Shown here: in pieces, positions 24,250 through 37,534 of the stretch
Layout of the letters: each line of letters starts with the position of its first letter
How positions within the stretch are numbered: position 1 is the stretch's first letter
NCBI RefSeq assembly: GCF_036321535.1
Contig: NC_087436.1
Span: 114,082,001-114,146,000, forward strand
Reading direction: 5' to 3'
Length of the DNA: 64,000 nucleotides
Source: Camelus dromedarius
Lineage: Eukaryota
Program-made: the position numbers and the translations under genes
The notes under the pieces: model-generated
Told to the model about the DNA's origin: nothing
What the model saw: only the letters and a program-made list of their open reading frames with translations
Databases searched by the model: none

Positions 24250-24640
24250 CCATAGTTTGATGCTGTTGCTGGAAAGCAGCTGCTCAGCACAGCTCTTTTT
24301 ATAGCATCTGGGGCCACTGGACCAATTCTCACCAATGAACAGGGTAACATGTGTCACTCCCAGGACAAGGATCTGGAGACGGGCTGTACCTTCCCCACTC
24401 TTTCTCTCTGTCTTCTAGTTGAATGTGGAGGTCTCCATGACCAACGGGGGGGGGGGGGGAGCAACAAGATGGGAAGACCCTGGTGCTCTCAGTCACTACA
24501 CAGAAAGCCACCCATCGGCCTGGGATACCCACATTACATTGATCTATGAGTCAGAAGTAAATTTTATCATGTTCAACCGCTACGACCTGTTTTTCTGTTG
24601 TTGTTCTTAACAACAGCTAGTACTACCTTAACTAATATAC
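24250..24640 (+). mobile_element. MaLR LTR (MLT1J-like)
   Basis: 'ccaattctcaccaatg..gagcaacaagatgggaagaccctgg..atgagtcagaagtaaattttatcatgtt..aacagctagtactaccttaactaatata'; contains a G14 run at 24446-24459. Confidence 0.65.
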
Positions 24641-26727
24641 CTTTTACTGGAATATGAAATCCAGGTTAAAATTCAAGGCAGATTCTCAGCTCCTTAAGGC
24701 CAAAGTCTGTGCCTTTTGTCTCTGTACGGACCCCTTTATCTTAGGGCCTGGCACCAAGCAGTTCTCAGGGTGTGGTTTTTAGATGAAGGAATTGATACGG
24801 CACCAAATGTAAAGGACATTCAGTAACCTGTGCTGGATTGGACAGCACATTGGTCCTGTGGATGGCGCACCCAACAGTGGGTTCTATCCTCCATCCTTGG
24901 CACTGTACCTTCCCTCTAGGCAGTTTTTTCCCTGGGAAGCAGCCACAGGCCCCATTTGCTGTTCTCTCCCTGCTGTCCCTATGCCTGCCTGTAGAAGCTC
25001 CTGCAGGCCTTATCTCTAGAGGGCTCTGCAGGAGAAGGGCCTTTTGAGTATGCATTTTCTATGGCTATGCTCTTCTTCTGGAAAGAAAAAAAAAAAAATC
25101 AGTTCTTCCAGGGACCAGCCAGTCCATCTAGTTGTCTCAGCAACGTCACACCAAGAGAATAGCCCTTTGGAGTCTGTTAAATACCTCACACAGAGGGCCT
25201 TAGAGTTGCATTAGAGAATCAGTCTTTTTGTCTTTTTCCCTCAGTTCCTTTTTCCTATCTTGGAGCAGGAAATAGCTCCTCCAGCTCAAGATAAGCTGAT
25301 ATTACTCTAGGAACGTATGTCAACTTCTCCATTCTAGTGACCCCTGACTCTCGTTAAGACCTGCAGCTCTTAGTGACTTCCAACTGATCTCTGTCTACAG
25401 TCGTACCCCTTCCAACCCATCAGGCAGAGTAATCTGTTTGCAACTCAAACCTCTCCACATCACCCCCAAGCTCAGTGGTGTTCACTTCCCATGTTACTGG
25501 AGGAGGTGAGTACTATTACTCTCCATCATGTCCTCAGCTCCTCCCCTTTCCTGCCTCACACACCTGCCCCCCACCCCGCCGCAGCACAAACCTGCTTGGA
25601 GTCATTGCCCCCAACTTATAGTTTCTCATCTCTGTGCTTCCCCTGCCAGCTCTGCCTATAATGCTTTTGTCTACCTACCTATCATCCTTTAGGCTCAGTT
25701 TGTCACCATTTCCCAAGGAAACTTCCCTGGTCCCTCCCAGATTGGGTTAATTCCCCTCTTTGGCCATAATTCCCTATTCAGGTCTTTATCGTTGCAGTCA
25801 CTAGATTGCATGGTATTTCCCTTCTGTGTGTCCATCGTCCCCACAAAATCATGAGCTTCTCCAGAGAAGAAGCTGTGCGAGTCATCCTTAAAACCCTGGT
25901 GCTCAGGAGAGGCCCTTAAACAAAGTAGAATCTCAGCCAAAGTTGAACTGAGCTCATCGTTCCCAAGTTCACACCCCAACACCCCCAGCCCAAAAACACA
26001 GGGATTTGACACACAAATAACTTGACAATAGTCCCAAATCCCTTTTCATTTGTCATATCTGTTGGCTCAGGGGCATAAATACAAATCAAATCTCAAGAAT
26101 AACTCAAGATAGTTTATCATTCCACAAGGTAAGCATACAAATTAAATTCAAATTAAGATCTTTGGATTTTGCCAACCATGGAATTATGCTAAAAAGACAG
26201 AAGAGGACGTATATCTCTGCCTGCATTTTGCCTCCATAGACAGTTTATAGGGATTTTAGAGATGCTCCCTGCTTCAATTTACCTTTCATCTGACTATCAT
26301 CTCTTCTGATCCTTGGCTCAGCCTCATCTGAGAAAGTGGAAATTGGCTACCCAAATGCAACTTGGACAGAGACCTTGTTCTCTTCCTCCTCGTGAAACAG
26401 TGAGCTGTAAGAAAGTACGTCTCTCTTTTAGACAAAAATTTACTGTGAATATTTACCTCTGTTGAACGTGTCCAAAATCTGGCTGTAATAGCACAATACA
26501 TCTTTTTTTCAGCCAGTGCACCCCAACCATCACAGGTGCTGAGAGTCTAGCTTTCCCTTGCCTCCTTGGGAAGCCCATTTCTTATGCAAGAAACACGGGC
26601 TTTGGAAGTAGAGAGGGAAAGCATTTTGCTTCCCAAATGCTCTGTGCGTGCAAAAGACGTTTGCTTCTCTGCAAGGCAGAAAAGTCCCCAAACACCTGCA
26701 ACAAAGGTATTTCCAAAGAAGGTTCTT

Positions 26728-27085
26728 CCTATTGACTAGGTATTTGTGTCCCCCCAAAATTCATATGTTGGAATCCTAATCTGCAACGTGGTAGTATCAG
26801 GAGATGGGGACTTTGGTAGGTAACCAGCTCATGAGAGCAAAGCTCTCATGAATGGGATTAAGGCCCTTAAAATAGGGACCCCAGAGGGCTCTCTCTGCTC
26901 TCCACCATGTGAGGATACAATGAAAAGTTGGTAGTCTGCAACCCAGAAGAAGGCTTTCTCCAGAGCCTGCATGTGCTGACGCCCTGATCTCAGACTTCCA
27001 GCCTCCAGAACTGTAGGAAGTAAATTTCTGTTGTTTATAACTCATGCATTCTATGAAATATTTGTTGCAGAAGCTCAAGCTGAGA
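26728..27085 (+). mobile_element. MaLR solo LTR (MLT1A-like)
   Basis: 'tttgtgtccccccaaaattcatatgttggaatcctaa..ctcatgaatgggatta..ccatgtgaggataca..ctgatctcagacttccagcctccagaactgt..aaatttctgttgtttataa'. Confidence 0.9.
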
Positions 27086-28569
27086 TCATTCTGAGTGCCA
27101 GAGGTCCTCTGAGCTGTTGAGAGGCTGAGGGAAAGGCCTGATCACCTTAGATATCCGGGTGTGTGCAGAGGGGCAAAGTCCCCTCGTCAGAGATGACGCC
27201 AGCTCTCTGAATGTCAGATAGCATTGCACTTTAATAGTAACAAACATAGTACTGGGGCCAGGAGATAGCTCTGCTCTCAGGGCACAGCTATGACATCAAC
27301 GTGGGGGTGACCTTGGGAAAGTCACTTCTTTGGGCTTCATCTTCCTCACATCTAAGCAAGAAAGAATATACTCAGTGCCAGTCAACACTTTTATCAAAGG
27401 GAGGTTGAGACGGGGGGAAGGACGGTACCACAGACCTGTTTGAGAAGCCAGGGAAGACTCTAGACTCAAGGAAAGTGCACATTTTGCATGCAGTATCACT
27501 GGGGGACAGATTTCACAAAGCCCATATATCAATCCTGTGGCTACCCATGGAATCCAGGTACAGAATCCCTGGGTTAGATCCCCATCTGGCAGTAAAATTC
27601 TATGACTCTAAGGGGGAAAAAATTGCAGTATTAAGCAATAATAACAACAAAACCCTGGGAAGTTTGAAACACAACCCTATTTTTCAATAGACTCTGTTTT
27701 CTGAGCAGGATGTTTGGCCTTAATTTGCATTCAATTTCCAAGTATGTTTCAGAGTATAAATTCTGAGTGATTTGATGGATAGAAATCTCCCCAGTGCCTG
27801 CCCGTCCTTCTCCATAGCTCACCATAATGTTCTGCATGTTCTTCAGCTCTGTATGTTATAGTGCACAGGGGGGCCCCAAGCAGACCTGCCTCATTTCTTC
27901 CTGAAAGCTCTCCAGACTGCACCCTCATCCGTCTTCCCTTCTCCCCATCACCCTTACTACTCAATGTCTGCTAAGCAGATGTAGTCCCACTTTTTAATTT
28001 ATACATTTTACTTATTTCTTACTTCTTTCTGAAATATATTGGAAGTGACTTTAAAAATTGAGAAAAATCCTACATATATTCTAAACATAGAAAAAACAAA
28101 CTGAAGACTAAAGAAAGATGGGGAAGAGAAACATTTAAACCTCAAGTGTTAGTAACATTGCCTTAATTATGTGTCAGATTTGGCTTTGCAATTCCCCACA
28201 GCCAGGACACAAAAGAAAATCTAACATAGTCCTCTTTATAGGAAAAATAGAAATAGATAAATTCCTTATGGGATAAAATTACATTTTTTATCCTGCTGCT
28301 AAATTCTGAAAGAGATTTCTCATGTGAGCCCTTATGAAAATAACAGCATAGTATAATAAACAGTATTGTTGGAATATTAATTATATGCACAGGCATTTTC
28401 CGGATGTGTATTGAGTGCCTGACAAGCTGCTGGTTCCTAGGGATTCAAAGTAAAAGCAAGGGGTTTCAAACTTCGGTGGGATTCGTAAATGAGACTGATT
28501 GTAAACTGATCAATTCCACAACAGTAAGTGCAGGGGAGCCAACCTGAGGAAGACTTCAGGGGGTGGTGC

Positions 28570-28715
28570 ATTTCATTTATTCATTCACTCATTCACAGAA
28601 TAGATGGCGACCTCCCAGTATGGGCCAAGCATTGCTCGAAGTCCTTAGGATATGTCAGTAAACAAGATAGACAAAATCCTTGCCCTCTGGGCGCTTACCT
28701 TACAGTGAGAAAGAT
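28570..28715 (-). mobile_element. L2 3' end
   Basis: 'atttcatttattcattcactcattca..ggatatgtcagtaaacaagatagacaaaatccttgccctctgggcgcttac'. Confidence 0.65.
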
Positions 28716-28733
28716 AGAAATAAAGCGGTTTAA

Positions 28734-28734
<1 letters not shown>

Positions 28735-28766
<32 letters not shown>
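28735..28766. repeat. (TG)16 microsatellite
   Basis: Direct reading. Confidence 0.97.
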
Positions 28767-28772
<6 letters not shown>

Positions 28773-29407
28773 TGCATTGCAGAGGTTTCCTGTACATTGG
28801 GTAGAGATTGTGAAGACTCACTGTACAGATAAACACTGGGGCCTGGAATTGTTCCAGGTACTCAAATGACGGACCATTCTTGGTTCTCCACGTTTTAGAG
28901 AGATGAGGCAGCAACAGCAACACAGCCATAGTGAGTAACTTGCTCAAGGACACAGAACACAAATAGCACAGCTTAGAAATGTGAACCAGTGGTCGATTAA
29001 GTCCACACACACTCTTAACGCATATACACACTGAGAGCAAAAATTACAACCGAACAAAAACTGTAATGCTTGCATAAAACTTAAACAGTATTCGAGTACC
29101 AAGCAGCTAATAGATGGGGAGATGGATCTATTGAGGGCAGGGGGCAGGATTAGAATCAGGCAACCAAGATGTAAGTCCAAATGCCTCCTACTGTCAGAGT
29201 AAGAAAGACAGTGGGAAAGTCACCTAGGTCCTCTGTAAAGACCTTAGAGTAAGGTTTACATCTGCTTCAACCTTAGAGTAAGATCACACTGATCAATGTG
29301 TATGAAAAGTCTTTGCTAATAATATAGCACTACTCAAATATGAAGATAAAGGCAGAAAAGATCCACAATGGGCCATTAATTTCAATTCAGCCTTCATTCG
29401 CAACACT

Positions 29408-29410
<3 letters not shown>

Positions 29411-29441
<31 letters not shown>
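29411..29441. repeat. (AC)15 microsatellite
   Basis: Direct reading. Confidence 0.97.
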
Positions 29442-29443
<2 letters not shown>

Positions 29444-30589
29444 GCAATCCCCTAGCCAGACACATGAGTCACCTTATTGCCCCCCTGACATAGTCCTCAG
29501 TCATTGTTTTAAAAGACCTCATTGCTCCTGAAATCACCTGTCACACTGAGGAATAGCTCAGTACCTGTTTGGAAGGTCCTTCTGCTCTCGAATGGGTTTG
29601 TCCTCCTTGATCATCTACACACCTGTCCTCTTGACTTGTCTTGTTGATGTTTAGACATAACAAGCTTATCATCTTGGGGATATCCCTTAACCTTTCTGTG
29701 CTTGATTCCTCGTAGGTACCATGATCATTTGCTTAAATATTCTCTAAGCGTTCCATCAGCTATGCAATCCTCTAGCTCTATGTTCAAAGGAAAAAGGGGG
29801 AAATGTTATCTTTGAATGACATCATTATCCAGGCTGGTGTCCGGCATTAATCAGAATGCTCAGACATGGCTTCCTCCCATGGCTGGGAGGCAAGTTCACC
29901 ATCAGTCAGTGGACGCTGTATCCCATCACTTGCTTTGAGGGTAGCTCAGGGGCTTTGATATGACTGATAAAACTTCTGCTTCATGAAAGTCATAAGGGAA
30001 TCAGAAACCAATTTATGAACAATTCAAACATGGTCTGGTCTAATCCCGGCTTCCTTTCTGTCAGTAATCCAAAATTGTGAGGCAAAGGAGCTCTCAATTG
30101 TCCCAAACATGGAAAATGCACCAGGATAGGAAGGAACACCCAAGATTTCATCAATTTGTGTAAATAGTGCCTGACATGTAATACATGCCTGGATTCATCT
30201 CCGTGGGCTTCAGTTTTGTCATCTGCAAAATGAGACCGTGACTCTGCCTGGCCTACCTCACACAGGTGCCTGGAGGTTATAATAACTGCCTGAGTTTGAA
30301 CTGTACTTTACAGCCTACAACACAAATGAGACAACGACCTGTCTTCTGGCCTGTGTTCAATGGCACGTGACCTTACTGCGTATGAGTGTGTTGGAGGGCT
30401 AAACGGGAAGGGGGAAGAATCAATATTTGAAATGTTCATCAGTCATTGTCCCCTTAGTAAAAATAAGCTTCTGATCCTTCCCTACATGAAGATGAGGCTG
30501 AAACTGCAGTAGATGCGGAGGTCTACAGGAGGGAGGGAGAAAAGGGAAGTGCACGCATAGTGCAGAACAGGAACGTCTTTTCTGCAGAA

Positions 30590-30790
30590 TCACAGTGTTT
30601 TAGGGTTAGACTGAACCTTGTTTGAGTTGCCAGCTGCACTGCTGTAGAATTGTGCATTTGGGCCAGTTACATAGCTCTCCTGAGACTCGGTGTCCTCATC
30701 CGTCAAACGGAGCTGTCTTGTGGGCTGTCAGGAGGATGAAATGAGTCAATGGATGTAGAGTGCAGCCTGGTGCTTGGCAGACAGAGAGGT
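30590..30790 (+). mobile_element. MIR SINE
   Basis: 'tgtgcatttgggccagttacatagctctcctgagactcggtgtcctcatccgtcaaacggag..gaggatgaaatgag..gcctggtgcttggcag'. Confidence 0.7.
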
Positions 30791-31139
30791 GTCGGCACCC
30801 CACAACCCTCGGCCCTCTTGCAATACTGTTTGGAGTTAGCTATGCTGCTATAAGTGAACTTCTTTCCAGGTTGTTAGAGGACTAAAACCAGGCAGGAATT
30901 CCAAAACCACACACTTTGGTACAAACGTCTGGCTCTGGGATCAAAACCGGCATCCTGAACGCAGCTTTGCCATAACTTCCTCTGTGATTTGGGGAAGTCC
31001 TTTCACCTTCCTGAACCTCCATTTCTCCATCTTTAAAAATGGAGACTGAATCATTCCACCACTAAGATCCATTTTACTTGGAACAACCACAGAAGACATC
31101 GTGTGTCCTAACACTGGCTTTGTAAGAACAGGTGTTTAT

Positions 31140-31345
31140 TTGGTATTTACTACAGCACGCTCCAGCACTTGACGTGCTAAATTTATTTAGTTTTCACAGC
31201 AGTCCTATGAGACAGGCCCTCTCATCATCCCTATTTCAGAGAAGGAAACAGAAGCACAGAGTGTTTGAATGACTGGCTTAGGGTTACAAGAAAGTAAAAA
31301 TTGCCAAATTCAAAACCAGGCAATCTGGCTCCAGAGCATCTTTTA
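31140..31345 (-). mobile_element. MIR SINE (antisense)
   Basis: 'cacagcagtcctatgaga..catccctatttcagagaaggaaacagaagcacagag..aaattcaaaaccaggcaatctggctccagagc'. Confidence 0.75.
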
Positions 31346-32164
31346 GATAAATGCTCTCTTTGAGATAGATGTTTATCTAGACCCATTTTAAAGTTGAGGA
31401 AACTGAGTCTCAAACATTCTCTTAGGGTCTCAGATAAGTGACAGACCCATGACCTTTACCCAAGACCTACAGCTACCAATGCCTCCTGTCTTGAACAATA
31501 TGGGGGAAGACTTTCTTGCCAGAAGTCTGCCTCAGCTGAGATCCCATGTCATCTTAGAGTCTGGCCTCTCATCTCATGGCCTAGATCTGCCCTGACTGGG
31601 GTTTGTCTTGTTCTGGCACTGTTTTCTTCTACCCTACTCCTGGGCTGGCAGAGGGGGAGGGAGTCTGTCAGGAAACCAGCAGATGCCTCCATTTCAGATT
31701 TATGAGATTCTGGATCAAGTCCCCAAAGAAGCAGATTAATCATGAGAAATTATTTTCCTTTTAATTAAAAAATACTATCTACAGTGGCTATGGCCCTGCT
31801 GATTCTCACAGCAGACAATAAGGGTGAGCATAACAAGCAAGCAATATTAATTTTTCCCATCTAATTTAAAGATAATATCCCTCACATGTGCCAACAGCTA
31901 ACAAGTCTGTTTGTGTACCAGTTCGTTTGTTACCTCTGGGCTCTGTCTGAGTTTCCTTTGTCTTTTTATTGACTTTGGTGGAGTCTCCAAGGAAGGAGAC
32001 AGCAGAATACATGGTGAGGGACATGACTAGATGCAAACATCCTTTTTAGGAATGACAGTCATCTGGGAAGCAGAAAGAAGCAATTTTCTGCTAAAAGCCA
32101 AGAGGCTACATGCTTCATGGAGAAGAGTGTGAGCTTCTGGATTCAACTCTGATTATGTGATGTA

Positions 32165-32548
32165 TTTTGAGGTGAACTGTGACCCTCAGAAAATATGTAT
32201 GATGAAACCCTAATCTCCCACCATCTGAGAAGTGACTGTATTTGGAGAGAGAGCTTTAGAGAAGTAATTCATTTAAAATGAGGTACTTTGGGATGCCTTA
32301 ATCCAATCTGACTGATGTCCTTATGAAAAGAGAGGATCAGGACACAGACAAGCATAGAGGAAAGACTGCATGAAAACACAGCAAGAAGGCAGCCATACAA
32401 GCCAAGGAGAGGGGTCTCAGAAGAAACCAAACCTGCCGGGACTTTGATCTTGGGCTCCCAGATGTGAGAACTGAGAGAACATAAATTTCTGTTGTTTAAG
32501 CTCCTCAGTCTACAGTATTTTGCTGTGGCAGTCCTGGCAGGCTAGTAC
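32165..32548 (+). mobile_element. MaLR solo LTR (MLT1B-like)
   Basis: 'gtgactgtatttggaga..taatccaatctgactgatgtccttat..caagccaaggagagg..tcagaagaaaccaaacctgcc..ataaatttctgttgtttaagc'. Confidence 0.88.
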
Positions 32549-32967
32549 GTGGGGGCAAACCTATCTTACCCCCAGCCTTCAAATCTATGAAGTAGAAAGA
32601 TGGACAGAACTGATCTCCAGGATCCCTGCTGGTTCTCATTTCCTTATCTGGTATATCAGTGAGGCCATGTAACTTGTCTGACTGCCCCCTGGCACCTAAC
32701 CAGGAATAAGAGATAAAGATCTTGAACCTTTTGTACACTCATGGCAGGACCACTTGGGTAATGGAATAGTTATTCCCTTCTGTTTTCCATGCAGGCTCAG
32801 AAGCCAGCCCATCGTCAGAATTCACATCTCAGTGAAGCTTTTCCTGATCCCTCCTCGTGCTTCTTCCCACCCTCCATACCCTCTGAATGCCCCAGTTTCA
32901 TAGCATATCCTTCTTCTGCACCCTATAGCCCACGACACTTCTTACGCTGCATTGGCATAGGTAGACT

Positions 32968-33517
32968 GCATAGTGGTCAAAAATAATGGTCATTTTGGAG
33001 CCCTGTCCTTCGCAGTGTGACTTTGTAGCTTTTCCCCAACAAAACTTAGAATCTACTTCCTTGCCTCTTGAATCTTGGCTGGCCTTGTTACTTGCCCACC
33101 TGATAGAATGCAACAGAAATGACTTTTTGCCAGTTCCAAGACTATGCTTGAAAAGGCTCACAAGCCTCTCTTTTTCTCTTAGGCTTCTATTTCTACTATG
33201 AAAACAAGTATATCCTGTTGGTGAATGAAAGATCACATGGTGAAGAGCTGTGATGCCCCAGTCAAGATTATTCTAGACTAGCCTACAACTAGCCAACCCC
33301 AGAACAAATAAGGAAGCTCAGGCAAGGTCACTAAGCCAACCACCTAACCAAAGCTGGCCACTGACTTCTGAGTAAGCAGGACTGAAGTAAAATGAACAAT
33401 CCAGCAAAGCCCAGCCTAAATCACCAACTCACAGAATCATAAGCCAAATAAACAGCTGCTGTTTTTAAGCTACCAAATTTTGAGGTGTTTTGTTACACAG
33501 TGCAAGCTGACAGATAA
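32968..33517 (+). mobile_element. MaLR LTR (MLT1H-like)
   Basis: 'aaaataatgg..gtgtgactttgtagc..ttgaatcttggctggccttg..atagaatgcaacagaaatgac..agcccagcctaaat..cacagaatcataagc..ttttaagctaccaaattttgaggtgttttgttacacag'. Confidence 0.8.
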
Positions 33518-33679
33518 GCCAATTTTCTTGCCTCTTCTGCCAGAATGTTGTCCCTTGAAAGCAAGAAGCATGCCTTGGTCACTTGTGTAATGTGCTCATT
33601 GTAATAAAGCTGTGTGAAGAAAATTTATTGAATGAAGGAAGGAAGAAATTTTTCTCTTCATACATTCAGCTGATCCTAG

Positions 33680-34215
33680 ATGGTTCGTAGTAGATTTTAT
33701 TTTCCAAATTGGATACTGCATTGATTCCCATCCAGCATGTTATTCTGCAAGGTAACGTTGCCTTCCCAAAATCAAAAGGTAGAGTTTATTTCTCCAACCC
33801 TTCGAATGTGAATGAGGACTTTGACTGCTTTGATCAATAGAATACAACAGAAGTGACATTGTGCCAGATCTAAGCACAGCCTTTAATTGGTCTGGTACTA
33901 CCTCTTGAGAGCTAGCTGCAATAGAAGAGATACTATTTTACTTTGATAAGCCCAACACACGTGGAGAGTCCCTGGGGGGTGAGATGACACAGGGAAAAAG
34001 AGAGGCACCAATGAGCACCAAGGCATATGATATGAGAGTGAGATACCATTTTAGAAGTGGACTCTCCAGCCTTAACTGTCCCAGCTAGTGCCATGTGGGG
34101 CAGAGATGAGCTACCGAGCCCAGTCCTTCCCAACAACTTGACCCACGAAATTGCAAGCAAAATAAACAATCATTATAAGCCACTAAATTTTGTGATGGCT
34201 TATTATGCAACAATA
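33680..34215 (+). mobile_element. MaLR LTR (MLT1G/H-like)
   Basis: 'gactgctttgatcaatagaatacaacagaagtgacattgtgccag..ccatgtggggcagagatgagc..acccacgaaattgcaagcaaaataaa..taagccactaaattttgtgatggcttattatgcaacaata'. Confidence 0.8.
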
Positions 34216-34224
34216 ATTTCTGAG

Positions 34225-34545
34225 TTCATTCTGGCTGCTAATACAGAATATCATAAACTGGGTGGCTTATAAGAAACAGAAATTGATTCCTCACTGTTCT
34301 GGAAGCTGAAAGTTCAAGATCAAGGTGCTGGCAGATTTGGTTCACAGATGGCGCTTCCTTCCTGATTCATAGAAGGCTGCCTTCCTGCTGTTACTCACAT
34401 ACTAGAAAGGGCAAGAGAGCTCTCTGGGGCCTCATTTCCAAAAGCACTAATCACCTCCCAAAGGTCCCACCCCCAAATACCATCACAGTGGGGATTAGGT
34501 TTCAGAAAGTGAATCTGAGGGAGACAAACATTTAGTCCATAGCAA
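34225..34545 (-). mobile_element. MaLR LTR (MLT1A-like, antisense)
   Basis: 'ggctgctaatacagaatatcataaactgggtggcttataag..ttcaagatcaaggtgctggcagatttgg..taatcacctcccaaagg..ggagacaaacatttagtccatagca'. Confidence 0.88.
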
Positions 34546-36837
34546 ATAAATAAGCAAACTATGAATAGCACGTTACAGTCTAAAGTCTAACTCTGGAGCC
34601 TTAAATATGGATTTATTCTTCTTACAACCATGTGAAGATGAGAAGCTCACTTAGAGTTTCTGATTCCCAGTGTCCTCATCTATATGACAGGGATGCCTTC
34701 ACTTATGTAATAAAGCTCTACTGAGAGCATGGAGGTAGCACAATGAATAAGCCACAGTCTCTGCCTCAAGGTTTTCATAGGTGGTTGGAGAAAACAAGGC
34801 AAGAGGCCAGAAAATCACAGGTCAAGGCTATCATTTCTCCTATTTCACTAAGTACAGCAGCTCCTGGAACTCACGTGATGGGTGGGAGGGAGACTGGACT
34901 CACTCCTAGGGCCAGTAGGGGAAGTGATGGATGAATTAGAATGTAAACTGGGACCAACAATGCAGGTAGTTAATCAAGTGATGGAGGTAGAATGGATCAG
35001 AATGAGTTTGTTTAAAACGTGGGAGCAGAGTGTTTAGAGTTCAAAGCTAAGAGAGAGCATAGGGCCTTAGGGAAGAAATAACCAGCTGGATTGGGAGTAG
35101 GTGTGAGTGCACAGGGTGTTTATATCCATTTTAAGTCTATTATGGCAGAGTTGACCAATCTAAGAGAACCTAAAATGAACTTCTCAGAAATGAATTATGT
35201 AGTCAATTTTAACCTTTAAGGAGGACACAACTTGATGAATGTTCCATGAAAAGGGGTTATTTTAAGCATTCCTGAGAGGAAAAAAAATCTAATTCTAGAA
35301 GAGAAGATGGTTTTACAATTCAGAGGAGTGTTCAAGGGAGCAGTGGAGAATAAATAAGGCAATTAAGAAATACAAACTTTTTTGTTTTGTTTTAAATAGC
35401 AAAAGTTGAACTCAAGTGCTTAAAAGAAAGGATTCTGTTTGAGTTAACTCATGAAACAATTATCAATGAGAATAATAACTATTTGATGATGTTTCAAGCT
35501 CTGTGAAAATTATATCAGCTTCTGGATTATACCCACTTAATACAGAGACAAAGACTAGAACAGTGAAACTTTAATTGAATTGTGGTCAGTAGGTTACAAT
35601 AAGAAGTTCCAAGCATAAGAATGATGATACTCAAACCAAGGAGGGGACATGAATGTTTCATTCAAGTGATGGAGGATTGAGCTTCAGGGAAGCCAAGTCC
35701 TCAACCCAAGGAAAGTGTAGTCAAGCGGGGAGGAACCCAGCCTTTACGTGGGGGCCTTGGGTCAGGCTGTTAGCATATCACTCAGCAGAGCAAGGCTGAG
35801 GAGTTGGCAGGACCCTGCCTTAGGCCAACTATAAACCTCTCAGAAGGAGAAAATATCAGGAAAATGAGTGTTGCAAGTAAATGACCTTAAAGAAATCAAT
35901 GTTCTTATTGTAGGTGTATGAATTCCTTGCCTGCACGTCCCTTTCTGGACTGCATTCTATTTGCAAATTCAATTTCCAAAATGATACCAAGCCAGTTTCT
36001 AGAGCCTGCACAGTCCTTTTGTTTAGGTCTTTCCTCATAACAATTACTCAGGAATGAATGAAAAATGCTTCACAAACAATGATGTTCTAACCTCAGATTC
36101 TCTGGAATTACATCCTCTGTTCTGACACAAGCCATTGACTAGAAGAAGACAGTGCAGGAAATTTTCCCTATATGCTTCAAATATGGACTGGTCCCAGAAT
36201 AATTCAGTAAGTGTTATGATCCTAAGTATTAAGTAAGGGAAGTTGCTTAGTGTGAAAGAACCAATGCCAAAAATAATTAAATCTCTCCAGGAAGGAGAAG
36301 CATAGAATGAGTACCTTTGTTTGTCTGCCTTTTCACAAATGTGAGCAAGGCACAGCAGCAGCCATTTGCAAAGTGCATTGGGCACAGAAACACACAGACA
36401 ATTAGAAATGGTTACCCTGCACAAGGCGAAAGAGTTACAGCACCTTCCAAATATTTAGGTCACTCTTTGAGGATTAAATTCCTGAAACTGCAATGGATGA
36501 GGCCATCTCTAGAAGTATCTCAGTCTTGACAGACAGCTTCCCCAAGAGATTCAGGAAGTCTCAGATGGAGACTTTAAGAGACTTGACTGGAACGTTATAG
36601 TCCCTTGGAAAACTTCAACTTCATCAAGTGAAAATTTCTGTTTTTGAATTAACAAGTGAGCCAACAGAGAAGGGATGTTCAGTACCAAGATGAGAAATGG
36701 AGAGAGGAAAAGGAGAATTGACACCAATAAGTCGCCTACCCTGTGTGTTCAGAGGAAAGGACATCTGAATGAGTGCATTTGGAGATAAGGCATCTTTGAC
36801 AGGCATGTGTAGAAGAATACTTTAAACTTTATGGCTT

Positions 36838-37410
36838 TGAGGCGGGAAGCCCCATAAAAAGACCGGCAGGACCCCCAGGCAGGGCCGCTGCTCTCCTCCC
36901 AGCACCATCCGGTTCCCTGGCCCAGAGGCTCTATCTCACTTTCTGCCTCTAAAGCGGCTAACTTACACCTAAAATTCTATTGGTTCCCTGAGCTCACTTC
37001 TGACTGGTTATTTCCTTCACTCCTGATTGGTTATTACTCTCATTTCTGATTGGTCCACTTCCCTAACTTCTGATTGGTCCATTTGTAGTACGTTATTTGC
37101 ATGGAACTCACTCCTGATTGGTCTATTTCTACAAAGCTTGTTCCTGGTTTGTCAACTTCTGTTATACCTGATTTGCATATGATGTTGCAAACTGTAAAAC
37201 TGGCAGCCTATAAAAGGCTTGTGTAAACCTACAGGTGGGGTCCAGAGCTTGAAGTGTTAACTTTTGTGGACCCGCTAGTGTAATAATAAATCAGAGTTCT
37301 CCAACTCTCCGAGCGCTGCTTGGTCTCTCGCCCGGTTGTGGGTTGCTGTTACAGTTGAGCTGTAATACTGAGCTGTAACACCTTTTGCTGTAACACCTTT
37401 TTCTGCAACA
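36838..37410 (+). mobile_element. ERV1-class solo LTR, 573 bp, well preserved
   Basis: TG (36838) ... CA (37410) termini with perfect 4-bp TSD GCTT (36834-36837 / 37411-37414); TATAAAA 37209-37215; AATAAA 37285-37290; tandem ATTGG boxes in U3; 'gctgtaacac' repeats in U5. Confidence 0.93.
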
Positions 37411-37534
37411 GCTTGAAGACATTGACTGTTATCCTTATCTCATTCCCATTTCTAGGATTCCATGACTACTCAGTATCACTTGGATTTCCATGTAGGATAG
37501 CCAGTTGGGAAATGACTGACTGCTTAGAGGAAGT

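Noticed and set aside
36027..36206. Possible exon bounded by 'ccttttgtttag|' and '|gtaagt'
   Set aside because: Stop codons in all three frames and no other support; such splice-like pairs are common by chance.
36979..37121. Regularly spaced short repeats resembling a CRISPR-like array
   Set aside because: Eukaryotic context; the repeats are ~10-bp CCAAT boxes with ~13-bp related spacers inside an LTR U3, with no cas genes.
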